DNA from: Eledone cirrhosa
Taxonomy: Eukaryota
NCBI GenBank assembly: GCA_964016885.1
Contig: OZ024755.1
Location: forward strand, 38,316,001-38,380,000
Direction: 5' to 3'
DNA length: 64,000 bases
Shown: positions 49,939 to 61,675 of the stretch, piece after piece
Layout of the letters: the number at the start of each line of letters is the position of its first letter
Numbering within the stretch: the first letter of the stretch is position 1
Translations under genes and position numbers: made by a program
The notes under the pieces: model-generated
Seen by the model: the letters and a program-made list of their open reading frames with translations, nothing else
The model's database searches: none
What the model was told of the DNA's origin: nothing

Positions 49939-52811
49939 AAAAAACGTGACAATCACCTGATCACCTATAGATCCGGGGAACACACAAGCCAGGTAGATTA
50001 TATCCTTACCAGAAGACGTGACAGAGTGTCTGTTGTAAACACTAAATCCCTCCCCCATGAAGAATGCACCTCCCAACATAGACTGATAATTAGCGACCTC
50101 ATAGTCAGGACGAGACGTACTCGACAGCAGAAGAGGACTATCCTCAGGAGAAAAATATGGAAGCTAAAGGACCCCACAGCCAGGAATAAATTTCAAAGCA
50201 TATTACTTGATGCTTTCGACAGTAAGGAAGAACATTTAGAGTCGGACAATATAGAGGGAGAGTGGGAATTTCTGAAAGCAAACCTGCTGTTGGCGACAGA
50301 CGAAGTCTGTGGCTGGAGCAGGCCTGTAGGCAGGAGGAGAGTAACATGGTGGTGGAACAGTAAGGTGGAGGGGTCAATTAAGGCCAAAAAGCAGGCTTGG
50401 AAAGTATGGCGGGATGGGGGAAGTAGAGAAGACTATCAAGTGGCCAGGAGGGAAGCTAGGAGACAAGTGTACTTAGCAAGAAGGGAAGCTGAGGAAAGAA
50501 AGTTCAAGCATGTTCTACAACGCGATGACCAAAAACGTGAGGTGTTCAGGATTGCTAGGCAATGCGTCAAGGAAAACCGTGATATTGTCGGGGAGAAGTG
50601 TGTACTAAACGACGATGGCACACTTGCCATCACCGACGCTGATAAGAAGGTAGCTTGGAAGTGTCACTATGAAAGGCTACTAAATGAGGAGAATAAATGG
50701 GAGAAAGACAGTCTCCCCCATATCGACCCAATAGAGGGACCAGCAGTGTTAGTCGAGGGGAGTATAATAAGTAAGGCAATCAAGGATATGAAGACGGGTA
50801 AGGCGGCTGGGCCTTCGGAAATAGTTGCTGAGATGCTGAAGGCATCTGGCACGGTGGGACACACCATGGTCACCCGCATAGTTAACCAAGTCGTACAGAA
50901 TGGGGTTGTTCCGAAGGACTGGCATAGCAGCATCATCGTTAACTGTTATAAGGGTAAAGGAGACGCCCTAGATAGGAGTAACTATAGAGGCATTAAATTA
51001 ATCGACCAGGTCATGAAGGTCACGGAAAAAGTAATAGCGCAACTAATCAGAGAGAGAATTGACCTAGATGAAATGCAGTTCGGGTTTGTGTCAGGCAAAA
51101 GTACCACAGACGCTCTTTTCATAGTACGACAACTACAGGAGAAGTACCTAGCTAAAGGTAAACCCCTCTACTTAGCTTTTATCGACTTGGAGAAAGCCTT
51201 CGACAGAGTCCCCCGCTCCATTATCTGGTGGGCTCTTAGAAAACTAGGCGTTGACGAATGGCTTGTGAGGGCTATACAAGCCATGTATAAAGAAACAGTC
51301 AGCAAGGTTAGAATTAACAACGAATATAGTGAAGAGTTTAGCGTAAAAGTTGGCGTCCATCAGGGCTCTGTTCTCAGCCCACTACTATTTATTATTGCCC
51401 TTCAGGCTATAACAGAGGAGTTCAAGACAGGCTGCCCATGGGAACTCCTATACGCAAACGACCTGACACTCATAGCGGAATCAATGGCCGAGCTAGAGAA
51501 GAAATTCCAAACATGGAAGCACGGCCTAGAGTCAAAAGGACTTAAAATTAACCTGGCTAAGACCAAAGTACTAGTTTGTAGGAAAGAAAACAAGGCGGCG
51601 GTCCCTTCGGGGAAATGGTCGTGCTCGGTGTGTAGGAAAGGCGTAGGTAGAAACTCCATTTTATGTCCTAAATGCAAAGTATGGGTGCATAAAAGATGTA
51701 GTGGGATCACAGGTAAGCTAACTAAGAACATAGATTTTACATGTGGCCGGTGCTCTGGTGCAATAAGTAGCAGCAAGTGCCCACAAAATACTAGCTCTTT
51801 CAATTGCGCAGAGGGTTCTATAGAAATAGTGGACAGCTTCCGTTACCTGGGCGATAAAATCAGCAGTGGGGGAGGGTGCTCTGAAAGTACTGTAGCTAGA
51901 GTCAGAACTGGTTGGAAAAAGTTCAGAGAGCTTATACCACTATTAGCTGCTAAAGGGTTCTCCCTAAAAATGAAAGGCAGGTTGTACGATGCCTGCATAC
52001 GAACAGCAATGCTGCATGGCAGTGAGACCTGGGCATTGTGTGCAGAGGATATACGCAGACTAGAGAGGAACGAAGCTTGCATGCTCCGCTGGATGTGTAA
52101 CAGTAATATACGTGAACGGCAAAGCATAAACGAACTAAGGAAAAAATTAGAGATAAGAGGGATCAGATGTTGTTTACTCGAGAGAAGGCTACGTTGGTAT
52201 GGACACGTGATGCGCATGAAAGTCGATAGCTGTATAACAAAGTGCAGGGCAATAAAGATAGACGGTAGTCACGGAATAGGCAGACCTAGAAAAACCTGGG
52301 ACGAGCTGATAAACTCCGACATCACACACTTACACCTCTCCAAGACAATGTCACTGGACCGAGACCTTTGGCGGTACTCAGTAACAGAGAAGACCCGCCT
52401 TACCTAAATACAAAGTAAAACCTACTACAGTCAGTAGGCATCTTTAACAAAATACACCCCGTCCCACCACCACCACCACCCCCACCCCATCCACACCACC
52501 CCGTTCTATGTAAAGTTATGTTGGTGCCGCGCCATCGAGGCCGAAACAAATGAGATCGTGTAGGTGTCACGACAAAAAAACACACAGTCCACGCTGTAAT
52601 GTGACCGTGTAGGCAACACGGTAAAAACCTCCCAGACCCACACTGTAAATGTGGTTGGTGTTAGGAAGGGCATCCAACTGTAGAAAACCTGCCAGACAGT
52701 CCTATGCGAGCAAGACAATCACTCTTGCCTCAAGTGGGACTACCCCCGTCCAAACCCATGCAAGCCTGGAACACGGACGTTAAACGTTGATGATGATGAT
52801 GATGATGATGA
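49939..52811 (+). mobile_element. 5'-truncated RTE-clade LINE (APE endonuclease C-terminus, RT, PHD-type finger, 3'UTR, (GAT)n tail)
   Basis: Uninterrupted ORF with QVDYIL/SQHRL (APE end), KGKGD..NYRGIKL, QFGF, FIDLEKAFDRV, GVHQGSVLSPLLF, LLYAND and RRLRWYGHVMR..GRPRKTW. It ends in TGATGATGATG and begins directly after a (TA)n tract. Confidence 0.95.
49942..52407 (+). pseudogene. RTE pol-like ORF remnant (open, 5'-truncated, catalytic YADD changed to YAND)
   Basis: ORF track 50026..52407 (793 aa). The frame extends upstream to ~49942 (KRDNHLITYRSGEHTSQVDYIL). TAC GCA AAC GAC at 51451-51462. Confidence 0.9.
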
Positions 52812-53329
52812 TATATCCACACACACACATATATATATCTACACACACTCACACACACACACACAGAGAGACAAAACTGAAGGATTCTCTTAACACTCTT
52901 TTGAAAGTTTTCTATGGCTGGATGCCCTTGTTAACCCAAATCATTGATATGACCCAATTAATGACAAATCTTGACCTTTCACCTTGTTTGTTTTATTTCC
53001 TTGCTTTTGCTGATGTCACCACCCTCATGTCATCATCCTGATGGTACCCACCTGATGTCATCATCTCTTGTGATCTTTTCAACAGATTCCTTTTCTTTCC
53101 TCTTCTCTTAATCTACCAGTTGTTGTTGTTGTTGCTAATTTTTACTTCTTTTTTATCTAAGACCAGTTGATTGTCAGACTCAGTAGAGTGACAATTGGAA
53201 TACCTTGTGGTATTTGGCAACATCCCTTCACCATTAACTTTAAATCCTACTAAGCGTTATTTAATGAACTCAACTCCTCCCCTAAATTTTGTAGAGTTGT
53301 GTCTATTAAACTTGTTTTTTTCTTTTTAT

Positions 53330-53645
53330 TTATTTAGTTATTGATTATTTTCTAATTTATTGATTTTTATCGAGCAATTAATTATTGATTTTTTTTATCG
53401 AGCAATTAATTATTGATTTTTTTTATCAAACAATTAATTATTGATTGTTTATTAATTAATTTATTGATTGTTTATTGAGTAAATTAACTTATTGATTAAT
53501 TATTGAGTAATTAATTTATTGATTTTTATTGATTGATTATTGAGTAATTAATTATTGATTGTTTATTGAGTAATTAATTATTGATTGCCTATTGATTAAT
53601 TTATTGATTGTTTATTGCGTAATTAACTTATTAATTGTTTATTTT
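53330..53645. repeat. AT-rich degenerate tandem repeat (TAATTAATTATTGATTGTTTATTGAG) abutting the exon C acceptor
   Basis: Visible reiteration. Confidence 0.8.
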
Positions 53646-53666
53646 ATTATTTTTTTCCCTCTGCAG

Positions 53667-53807
53667 GCCTTCCCAAAAATCTCCAATCCCAATTGATAGG
53701 TTTGAAGAAGCAGTGAGCACACTGAGTGTACCCCCAGAGCGTCGCAGAGGTTTTCAAATCCAAGGAAAAGCAAGAGCCTTATATTCATTCAAAGCCCAGA
53801 ATTCAAA
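53667..53807 (+). CDS. SORBS1: Internal coding exon C of the CAP/SORBS gene: PSQKSPIPIDRFEEAVSTLSVPPERRRGFQIQGKARALYSFKAQNS(K), start of an SH3 domain
   Basis: Acceptor ttttttccctctgcAG|53667 and donor AA|GTAAAC at 53808. The 141-nt exon is phase 2-2 and completes the ACG codon begun in exon B. ARALYSF is the canonical SH3 N-terminal ALYxF motif. Confidence 0.88.
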
Positions 53808-54280
53808 GTAAACTTTCCTTCTTTTCTTTTTCTTTTATTTTCTTTATTTTGTTTTTGTTTGTTTTTTTTCAGAAATATTATCAATTTTTCATTCTGTGAC
53901 ATCAGCGTTCATGTATCTTCATTTATCACCATCACATCTACTTTTCCATTGGTTCAGTGGGATGTTTTAAGACAATGTTTTACAACCAGATGCCCTTCCT
54001 GGCTCCAACAGTTACCATTTATGGCCAACAGGAATATGATGTACTTATTCTAGACACAGCACTGCTACACCCCTCAGATGACCAAAACCAAACAGAAAGT
54101 GGAGGGGTTCCTCCAATAGGAGTGAGAAGGCCCTGGATTGGATTTGAATATTAAAACACATACACTGTTCGCTTTCCTGGCTTTTATACATTACTCTATG
54201 TACTATACATGCACCTTTGATGAGTTGTAGTGCACCTGAGCACCATACACAATAATTTTCATTATTATCAATGGGGGGGG

Positions 54281-54466
54281 AAATTGGCAGTATCAGTAGA
54301 GTGTCAGACATCATGTTTTGCAGCATAGAGTTATGGCCCTTTGCGTTCTGAGTTCAAATCCCGCTGAGGTTAACTTTGTCTTTCATCCTTACGGGGTCGA
54401 TAAAATAAAGTACCAGTAATACACTGGGATATTTGCTGGCCTTGTGCCTAAATCAGAAACATAATT
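54281..54466 (+). mobile_element. Nin-like SINE copy
   Basis: Reverse complement of 25602-25790. Confidence 0.8.
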
Positions 54467-54650
54467 AGACCTAAAACTTTTGAGGAAAAAATATACTTTT
54501 TGGAAAGATTTAAATTTCTAAATACTTGTGTAGGGTGTGTGTGTTGTGTGTGTATGCAGGGTGGGTATATAGGGGGTGTGTTGTGTATGTAATACATATC
54601 TTCCTCACTGTTGAATTATGTATCAGATGTTTAAACATAAGTGAGGGGTG

Positions 54651-54651
<1 letters not shown>

Positions 54652-54693
<42 letters not shown>

Positions 54694-55283
54694 GGTCAAG
54701 AGAGGAGAGAGAGAGAGAGAGACTGATTAGAGATAGGAGAAAGAGAGGAGGGAAAGAGACTCAGAAGAGAGAGAGAGAGAGACTCACTATATGTAGGAGA
54801 GAGAGAGAGACTCAGTAGTGTTAGGAGAGAGAGAGAGAGACTCACTATATGTAGGAGAGAGAGAGAGAGAGACTCAGTAGTGTTAGGAGAGAGAGAGAGA
54901 GAGACTCACTATATGTAGGAGAGAGAGAGAGAGAGACTCACTATATGTAGGAGAGAGAGAGACTCACTATATGTAGGAGAGAGAGAGAGAGACTCAGTAG
55001 TGTTAGGAGAGGGAAAGAGAGACTCACTATATGTAGGAGAGAGAGAGAGAGAGAGACTCACTATATGTAGGAGAGAGAGAGACTCACTATATGTAGGAGA
55101 GGGAGAGAGACTCAGTAGTGTTAGGAGAGAGAGAGAGACTCACTATATGTAGGAGAGAGAGAGAGAGACTCAGTAGTGTTAGGAGAGGGAAAGAGAGACT
55201 CACTATATGTAGGAGAGAGAGAGAGAGACTCACTATATGTAGGAGAGGGAGAGAGAGACTCAGTAGTGTTAGGAGAGGGAAAG
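54652..55283. repeat. (GA)n-based minisatellite with alternating CTCACTATATGTAG / CTCAGTAGTGTTAG cores
   Basis: Direct reading. Confidence 0.9.
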
Positions 55284-55391
55284 AAAGATAGAATGTTGTT
55301 TTAGAAATCTGTAAATTGCTTGAGTTTGCAACTGAAGAGATTAACTTCATGAATGCCTGTTGTCATAGCAACATATTAATAAACTCTCGAT

Positions 55392-55693
55392 CAGAGGTCC
55401 ACAACCACTTTGGTCCACCTCCCACCCCTGCCCCCCTTAAGTTCATGTAATACCGTCAGCCCTCCCCCAACCCTATTTCCAGTGAGACATGTCTCCACTC
55501 AAATTCTAAATAATATATAATAAATATGATAAATATTATTTTTTATTTTTAGTATGTTTATATATAATATGTATCATTTGCTATTTAATATACTATCATA
55601 GCATTCCTATCACCTCCCACTGCCCCCTTAAGCTCCAGTGCCCCCACCACCCCGTGGGGGTGGGTGTAGCCCCCCCCCCCTTGAGAACCTCTG
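55392..55693. mobile_element. hAT (Charlie/Buster-type) MITE
   Basis: TIRs CAGAGGTCCACAA / TTGAGAACCTCTG. Imperfect 8-bp TSD CTCTCGAT / CTCTAGAC. Confidence 0.7.
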
Positions 55694-55792
55694 CTCTAGA
55701 CTACTTCTAACTCTTTTATTACCATATTTCTAATGAAACACATTGCCTGTAGTTTTCAAATAATCAAGACTTTGGAAGTATTTAGTTCTATA

Positions 55793-55938
55793 CTAGCAGA
55801 ATGGCCCGGCGTTGCTCGGGATTTGCTCTAGTGTTCTTATATATTTGATATATATTTATCCTTATCGAGCCTCCTGAAATAAATACGTTTATTTATATTT
55901 TGTTATTGTGTATGCAAAAATATCTGTACACGAATATA

Positions 55939-55982
<44 letters not shown>

Positions 55983-56418
55983 TAACAGATTAAAGTTTAA
56001 GCAAAGAATCGCTGCTTTCACCCATAACAGGATCTTCTGAAACTAAAATAATCAACCTGTGAACGCAGAAGTAAATATTTCGAAAAACGTTACACACTAT
56101 ATATGCATATATACACACACAAACACACACACGTATAGCGTCATAATGTCGTAATGCAGACAGCCAGACATACAGACAGATATTATAAGGCTGCAACGTT
56201 ATATCTATGTATCTATCTAAAAAGAAAGACTAAGAATTATAAAGAGAGATCGCTAAATCGCCTAATGCGGTCCCTAGGGCATTGAAAATTTGAAATTTAT
56301 TTTCTCAAAACACTCACAGGACCATAAGTATTACATGTGTCAAGTTTGAAAACAATCGGTTGGGTGGTTCTCAAGTTTAAGGGAGTCAGACAGACATTCT
56401 CTGTTTTAGATATATAGA
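55793..56418 (-). mobile_element. Non-autonomous Helitron
   Basis: Minus strand starts TCTATATATCTAAAA and ends with hairpin CCCGAGCAACGCCGGG + CATTCTG + CTAG. It is inserted between host A (55792) and T (56419) with no TSD. Confidence 0.8.
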
Positions 56419-56718
56419 TAATTAACTTTCTTGTTATTAAATTGGCATACATAACTTAATGAAGGCCCTTACATAAAATGATGATGGAAGGTTTTTAGGT
56501 TACAAACAGTTTTAATTCTTCTATTCTTTTACTGCTTTCAAGTCATTTGACTGCAGTCATGAAGGAATGTTGTTGATCAGATCAACTCTTGTACTTCTTT
56601 TTATTTTTCAAGTCTGGTAATTTAAAAAAAAATATTCTTAAACTCAATTGAATAAATGACTATTCTAATAAATATATTTGGCAAAGTACAATATTCTGGG
56701 GTAGCATCTTATATGTAA

Positions 56719-56976
56719 GTGGAGGTACGTGGCCTAGTGGTAAGGGTGTCGGACTTATGATTGTAACGTCATGGGTTCGATTCCTGTAACAAGTAGTGTG
56801 TTGTGTTTTTAAGACAAACACTTCATTTTAAGTTGCTCCTGTATATTCAGCTGAAAATGAGTTATCAAGGTTTTAACCCTGCAATGGACTGGTGTCCTGT
56901 CCAGGGGGAGTCTTGTACTCTCAGTTGCTGGGATACACACCAGCCTGATGACCTCCAGGATTGAGACAGACTTTAG
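56719..56976 (+). mobile_element. tRNA-SINE related to 26172-26615
   Basis: TGGCCTAGTGGTAAGG, GGTTCGATTCC and CCCTGCAATGGACTGGTGTCCTGTCCAGGGG...GAGACAGACTTTA. Confidence 0.65.
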
Positions 56977-57001
56977 ACATGTTAAATATAATGAGTAATC
57001 C

Positions 57002-58773
57002 CTGGTGGTGACAGTGGAAGTTATAGTCAAGTCACATGACCTCTGGTGGTGACAGTGGAAGTTATAGTCAACAGTCACATGACCTCTGGTGGTGACAGTG
57101 GAAGTTATAGTCAAGTCACATGACCTCTGGTGGTGACAGTGGAAGTTATAGTCAAGTCACATGACCTCTGGTGGTGACAGTGGAAGTTATAGTCAAGTCA
57201 CATGACCTCTGGTGGTGACAGTGGAAGTTATAGTCAACAGTCACATCACCTCTGGTGGTGACAGTGGAAGTTATAGTCAAGTCACATGACCTCTGGTGGT
57301 GACAGTGGAAGTTATAGTCAAGTCACATGACCTCTGGTGGTGACAGTGGAAGTTATAGTCAAGTCACATGACCTCTGGTGGTGACAGTGGAAGTTATAGT
57401 CAACAGTCACATGACCTCTGGTGGTGACAGTGGAAGTTATAGTCAAGTCACATGACCTCTGGTGGTGACAGTGGAAGTTATAGTCAAGTCACATGACCTC
57501 TGGTGGTGACAGTGGAAGTTATAGTCAAGTCACATGACCTCTGGAGGTGACAGTGGAAGTTATAGTCAACAGTCACATGACCTCTGGTGGTGACAGTGGA
57601 AGTTATAGTCAAGTCACATGACCTCTGGTGGTGACAGTGGAAGTTATAGTCAAGTCACATGACCTCTGGTGGTGACAGTGGAAGTTATAGTCAACAGTCA
57701 CATGACCTCTGGTGGTGACAGTGGAAGTTATAGTCAACAGTCACATGACCTCTGGTGGTGACAGTGGAAGTTATAGTCAAGTCACATGACCTCTGGTGGT
57801 GACAGTGGAAGTTATAGTCAAGTCACATGACCTCTGGTGGTGACAGTGGAAGTTATAATCAAGTCACATGACCTCTGGTGGGGACAGTGGAAGTTATAGT
57901 CAAGTCACATGACCTCTGGTGGTGACAGTGGAAGTTATAGTCAAGTCACATGACCTCTGTTGGTGACTGGAAGTTATAGTCAACAGTCACATGACCTCTG
58001 GTGGTGACAGTGGAAGTTATAGTCAAGTCACATGACCTCTGGTGGGGACAGTGGAAGTTATAGTCAAGTCACATGACCTCTGGTGGGGACAGTGGAAGTT
58101 ATAGTCAAGTCACATGACCTCTGGTGGGGAGAGTGGAAGTTATAGTCAAGTCACATGACCTCTGGTGGTGACAGTGGAAGTTATAGTCAACAGTCACATG
58201 ACCTCTGGTGGTGACAGTGGAGGTTATAGTCAAGTCACATGACCTCTGGTGGTGACAGTGGAAGTTATAGTCAAGTCACATGACCTCTGGTGGTGACAGT
58301 GGAAGTTATAGTCAACAGTCACATGACCTCTGGTGGTGACAGTGGAAGTTATAGTCAAGTCACATGACCTCTGGTGGTGACAGTGGAAGTTATAGTCAAC
58401 AGTCACATGACCTCTGGTGGTGACAGTGGAAGTTATAGTCAACAGTCACATGACCTCTGGTGGTGACAGTGGAAGTTATAGTCAAGTCACATGACCTCTG
58501 GTGGTGACAGTGGAAGTTATAGTCAACAGTCACATGACCTCTGATGGTGACAGTGGAAGTTATAGTCAAGTCACATGACCTCTGATGGTGACAGTGGAAG
58601 TTATAGTCAAGTCACATGACCTCTGGTGGTGACAGTGGAAGTTATAGTCAAGTCACATGACCTCTGGTGGGGACAGTGGAAGTTATAGTCAAGTCACATG
58701 ACGTCTGGTGGTGACAGTGGAGGTTATAGTCAAGTCACATGACCTCTGGTGGTGACAGTGGAAGTTATAGTCA
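57002..58773. repeat. 41/43-bp minisatellite (~42 copies)
   Basis: CTGGTGGTGACAGTGGAAGTTATAGTCAA(CA)GTCACATGACCT; period 57002/57043. Confidence 0.96.
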
Positions 58774-58789
58774 GTCTCCTACATCAAAG

Positions 58790-59326
58790 TCACATTTAAA
58801 CCAGCTATATCCAGCCAGAACTCTCTCACCTCATTCTGTTTAAACTGGCCATAACTGGCCACTCATACTGATGTTAAAGTATTGTTCTCAAAATAAATAA
58901 TATCAAAATCTCATAGATTCGATATAATATGAGATATTATATGAGATATAATATGAGATATTATATGAGATATAATATGAGATATTATATGAGATATTAT
59001 ATGAGATATTATATGAGATATAATATGAGATATAATATGAGATATAATATGAGATATAATAGATATTATATGAGATATTATGAGATATAATATGAGATAT
59101 AATATGAGATATAATATGAGATATAATATGAGATATAATATGAGATTTTATATGAGATTTTATATGAGATTTTATGAGATTTTATATGAGATTTTATATG
59201 AGATTTTATATGAGATTTTATATGAGATTTTATATGAGATTTTATATGAGATATTATGTAAAGTAAAGCCTCTACCGCGAAAGTACAATAATATATATAG
59301 AGTAATGTAAATGTGAAAGAGGTGAA
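58790..59326. mobile_element. Third, degenerate copy of the piggyBac MITE with an internal 12-bp tandem expansion
   Basis: CATTTAAACCAGC...TAAACTGGCCATAACTGG...TCATAGATTCGATAT-[array]-...ATATAGAGTAATGTAAATG aligns to 3459-3666. Confidence 0.75.
58920..59258. repeat. 12-bp tandem repeat GAGATAT(A/T)ATAT grading into GAGATTTTATAT
   Basis: Direct reading. Confidence 0.93.
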
Positions 59327-59509
59327 TAGTTGTAATCCTGCCCAAAGACATTAACCTATTATTATCATGGCCTGGGTGTGTGTAGATTGTTCTGTTTATT
59401 AGACATATTGTTATTTAGTGTGATGGTGACCTAAACAGTAAATATAAAAACACACATATCTAGTCCACAGCTGTTCTGGATTATTCCACCATCTTCTTAT
59501 CCAATAATA

Positions 59510-60090
59510 ATAATTGTTTCTACTTTTGGCACAAGGCCAGCAATTATCCCAGTGCATTACTGGTACTTTATTTTATCAACCCTTTAAGGATGAAAGGCAA
59601 AGTTCTCCTCGGCGGGATTTGAACTCAGACCATAAAGGGCCATAACTCTATGCTGCAAAGCATGGCGTCCGATGCTCTACGAATATGCCAATCCATCACC
59701 TTTTTATCCAATAATAATTGTTTCTACTTTTGGCACAAGGCCAGCAATTATCCCAGTGTATTACTGGTACTTTATTTTATCGATCCCGTAAGGATGAAAG
59801 GCAAAGTTAACCTCGGTGGGATTTGAACTCAGATCATAAAGGGAGATAACTCTATGCTTCAAAGCATGGCGTCCGACCCTCTACCGATACTGCCAATCCA
59901 CCGCTCTTAATAATAATAACAGTTTCTGATTTAAGCACAAGGCCAACAATTTTGGGGGAGAGTGTATTACTGGTACTTTATTTTATCAACCCAGGGAGGA
60001 TAAAAGGCAAAGATGACCTCAGTGGGATTTGAACTCAGGACATAAAAGCATCAGAAGAAATACTACTAAACACCCTAATGACTGCCAAAT
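59510..60090 (-). mobile_element. Three head-to-tail Nin-like SINE copies (~59510-59700, ~59713-59903, older ~59920-60090)
   Basis: The body GGCACAAGGCCAGCAATT...GGATGAAAGGCAAAG...TTTGAACTCAG repeats three times, separated by (AAT)n. Confidence 0.82.
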
Positions 60091-60890
60091 CCCTGGTTCT
60101 TATGATGACAATAAGTATTTCTTATATAGCCACAAGGCCTGAAGTGCTGAGAGGTGGAGTTGATTTATATTGACCTCAGTACTTAACAGCTACTTACTTT
60201 GATAGAAGCCAAGTTGTTGACCTGGACAACATATGAAATGTATTAATAAATATGGTGGTGGTGTTAGTGGTGGTTCCGGTGACGATTGTGATGGTGCTGA
60301 TGAGGAGGAGAAAGAAAAGGACGTTTTCATTTGTCTAAAACACTCGACATATTTTGTAGGTTTAGTTAAAACAATTCAGTGAAATTTCAGAGTTGTTTTG
60401 TCAGGCAATTACCTTAATCTTAGACTTTATATTTGAAACTAAAACATTCTTAAAGAGTAATTTTAGCCTTTCATAAACAAAAACAAAAAACCCCTCCAGA
60501 AACTGTTAAATTCACTTTACCGGTACTTTATTTTATCAACCCAGGAAGAATAAAAAGCAGAATTGGGTCAGGGACCAGGTCACAAAATGTTCCAGGAAAA
60601 TTTTGACACCAAGAAATAAATGATAAATGAAATGTGAATTAAACAGTTATATTTTTTTTTACATTTTTTTTTTTTTTAAACGGTTAAAATGAAAAATTTC
60701 ATGATGTAATTAATTTCTATAAATATGTCAGGTAATTAACCCATTTGTTACTGTATTTTTAATGTAATGTACTCTGTTTCTATTGTTGAGAAATTTTGAG
60801 AGATTTCCTAAAATCTTTTATTATTTCATTACTAAGATAGTAACTTGAAAATATGATTCTTATACAGTATTATATGGAAGAAGATTATAA

Positions 60891-61077
60891 CGGTGGATTG
60901 GCAGTATTGGTAGAGGGTTGGGCGCGATGTTTTGCAGCAAAGAGTTACGGCCCTTTATAGTCTGAGTTCAAATCCCACCGAGGTTAACTTTGCCTTTCAT
61001 CCTTAAAGGGTTGATAAAATAAAGTACCAGTAATGCACTTGGATAATTGCTGGCCTTGTGCCAAAAGTAGAAACAAA
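60891..61077 (+). mobile_element. Nin-like SINE copy
   Basis: CGGTGGATTGGCAGTATTGG...GAGTTCAAATCC...GTAGAAACAA. Confidence 0.82.
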
Positions 61078-61287
61078 TATTATGTGGAAGATTTTAATTT
61101 AAATAGGAACCCTTTAAAATTAGATGGTTTTGTTTCCTAAAAGCTGAGCTAGTTTTGACCAGGTTGGTATTACAAAGGAAAAGACAGCAGAGTTGTGTGG
61201 TTAACACATCCTGAAATAGCAAAAATAATGGTAAGGGCAGCAAATGGTGGAGAGTTATGGAGGAATTATAATAGAACATAGAATTAT

Positions 61288-61468
61288 GCAGTATCGGTAG
61301 AGGGTCGGACGCCATGCTTTGATGCATAGAGTTACGACCCTTGCCATTCTGAGTTCAAATCCCGCCGAGATTAACTTTGCCTTTCATCCATACGGGGTCG
61401 ATAAAACAAAGTACCAGTAATGCACTGGGTAATTGCTGGCCTTGTGCCAAAAGTAGAAACAATTATTA
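61288..61468 (+). mobile_element. Nin-like SINE copy (slightly 5'-truncated)
   Basis: Matches 60891-61077. Confidence 0.82.
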
Positions 61469-61675
61469 GTTTCATTGTTGTAGTTGAGGAGGGTGGGCAG
61501 TGTTGATAACACTTTATTTTCTCAAGGTATCCAGAATTGGAGGAAGGGAAGGTGTTACCCTCAAACCTGGCCCAAATGCAACAGAGATGAGGTACTCCTG
61601 GACCAGGGGGTACTGTTGAAGCAGGGGATGGGTTAAGTGTACCACCCCACCTAGTATACTAATCTATAAACCAAG

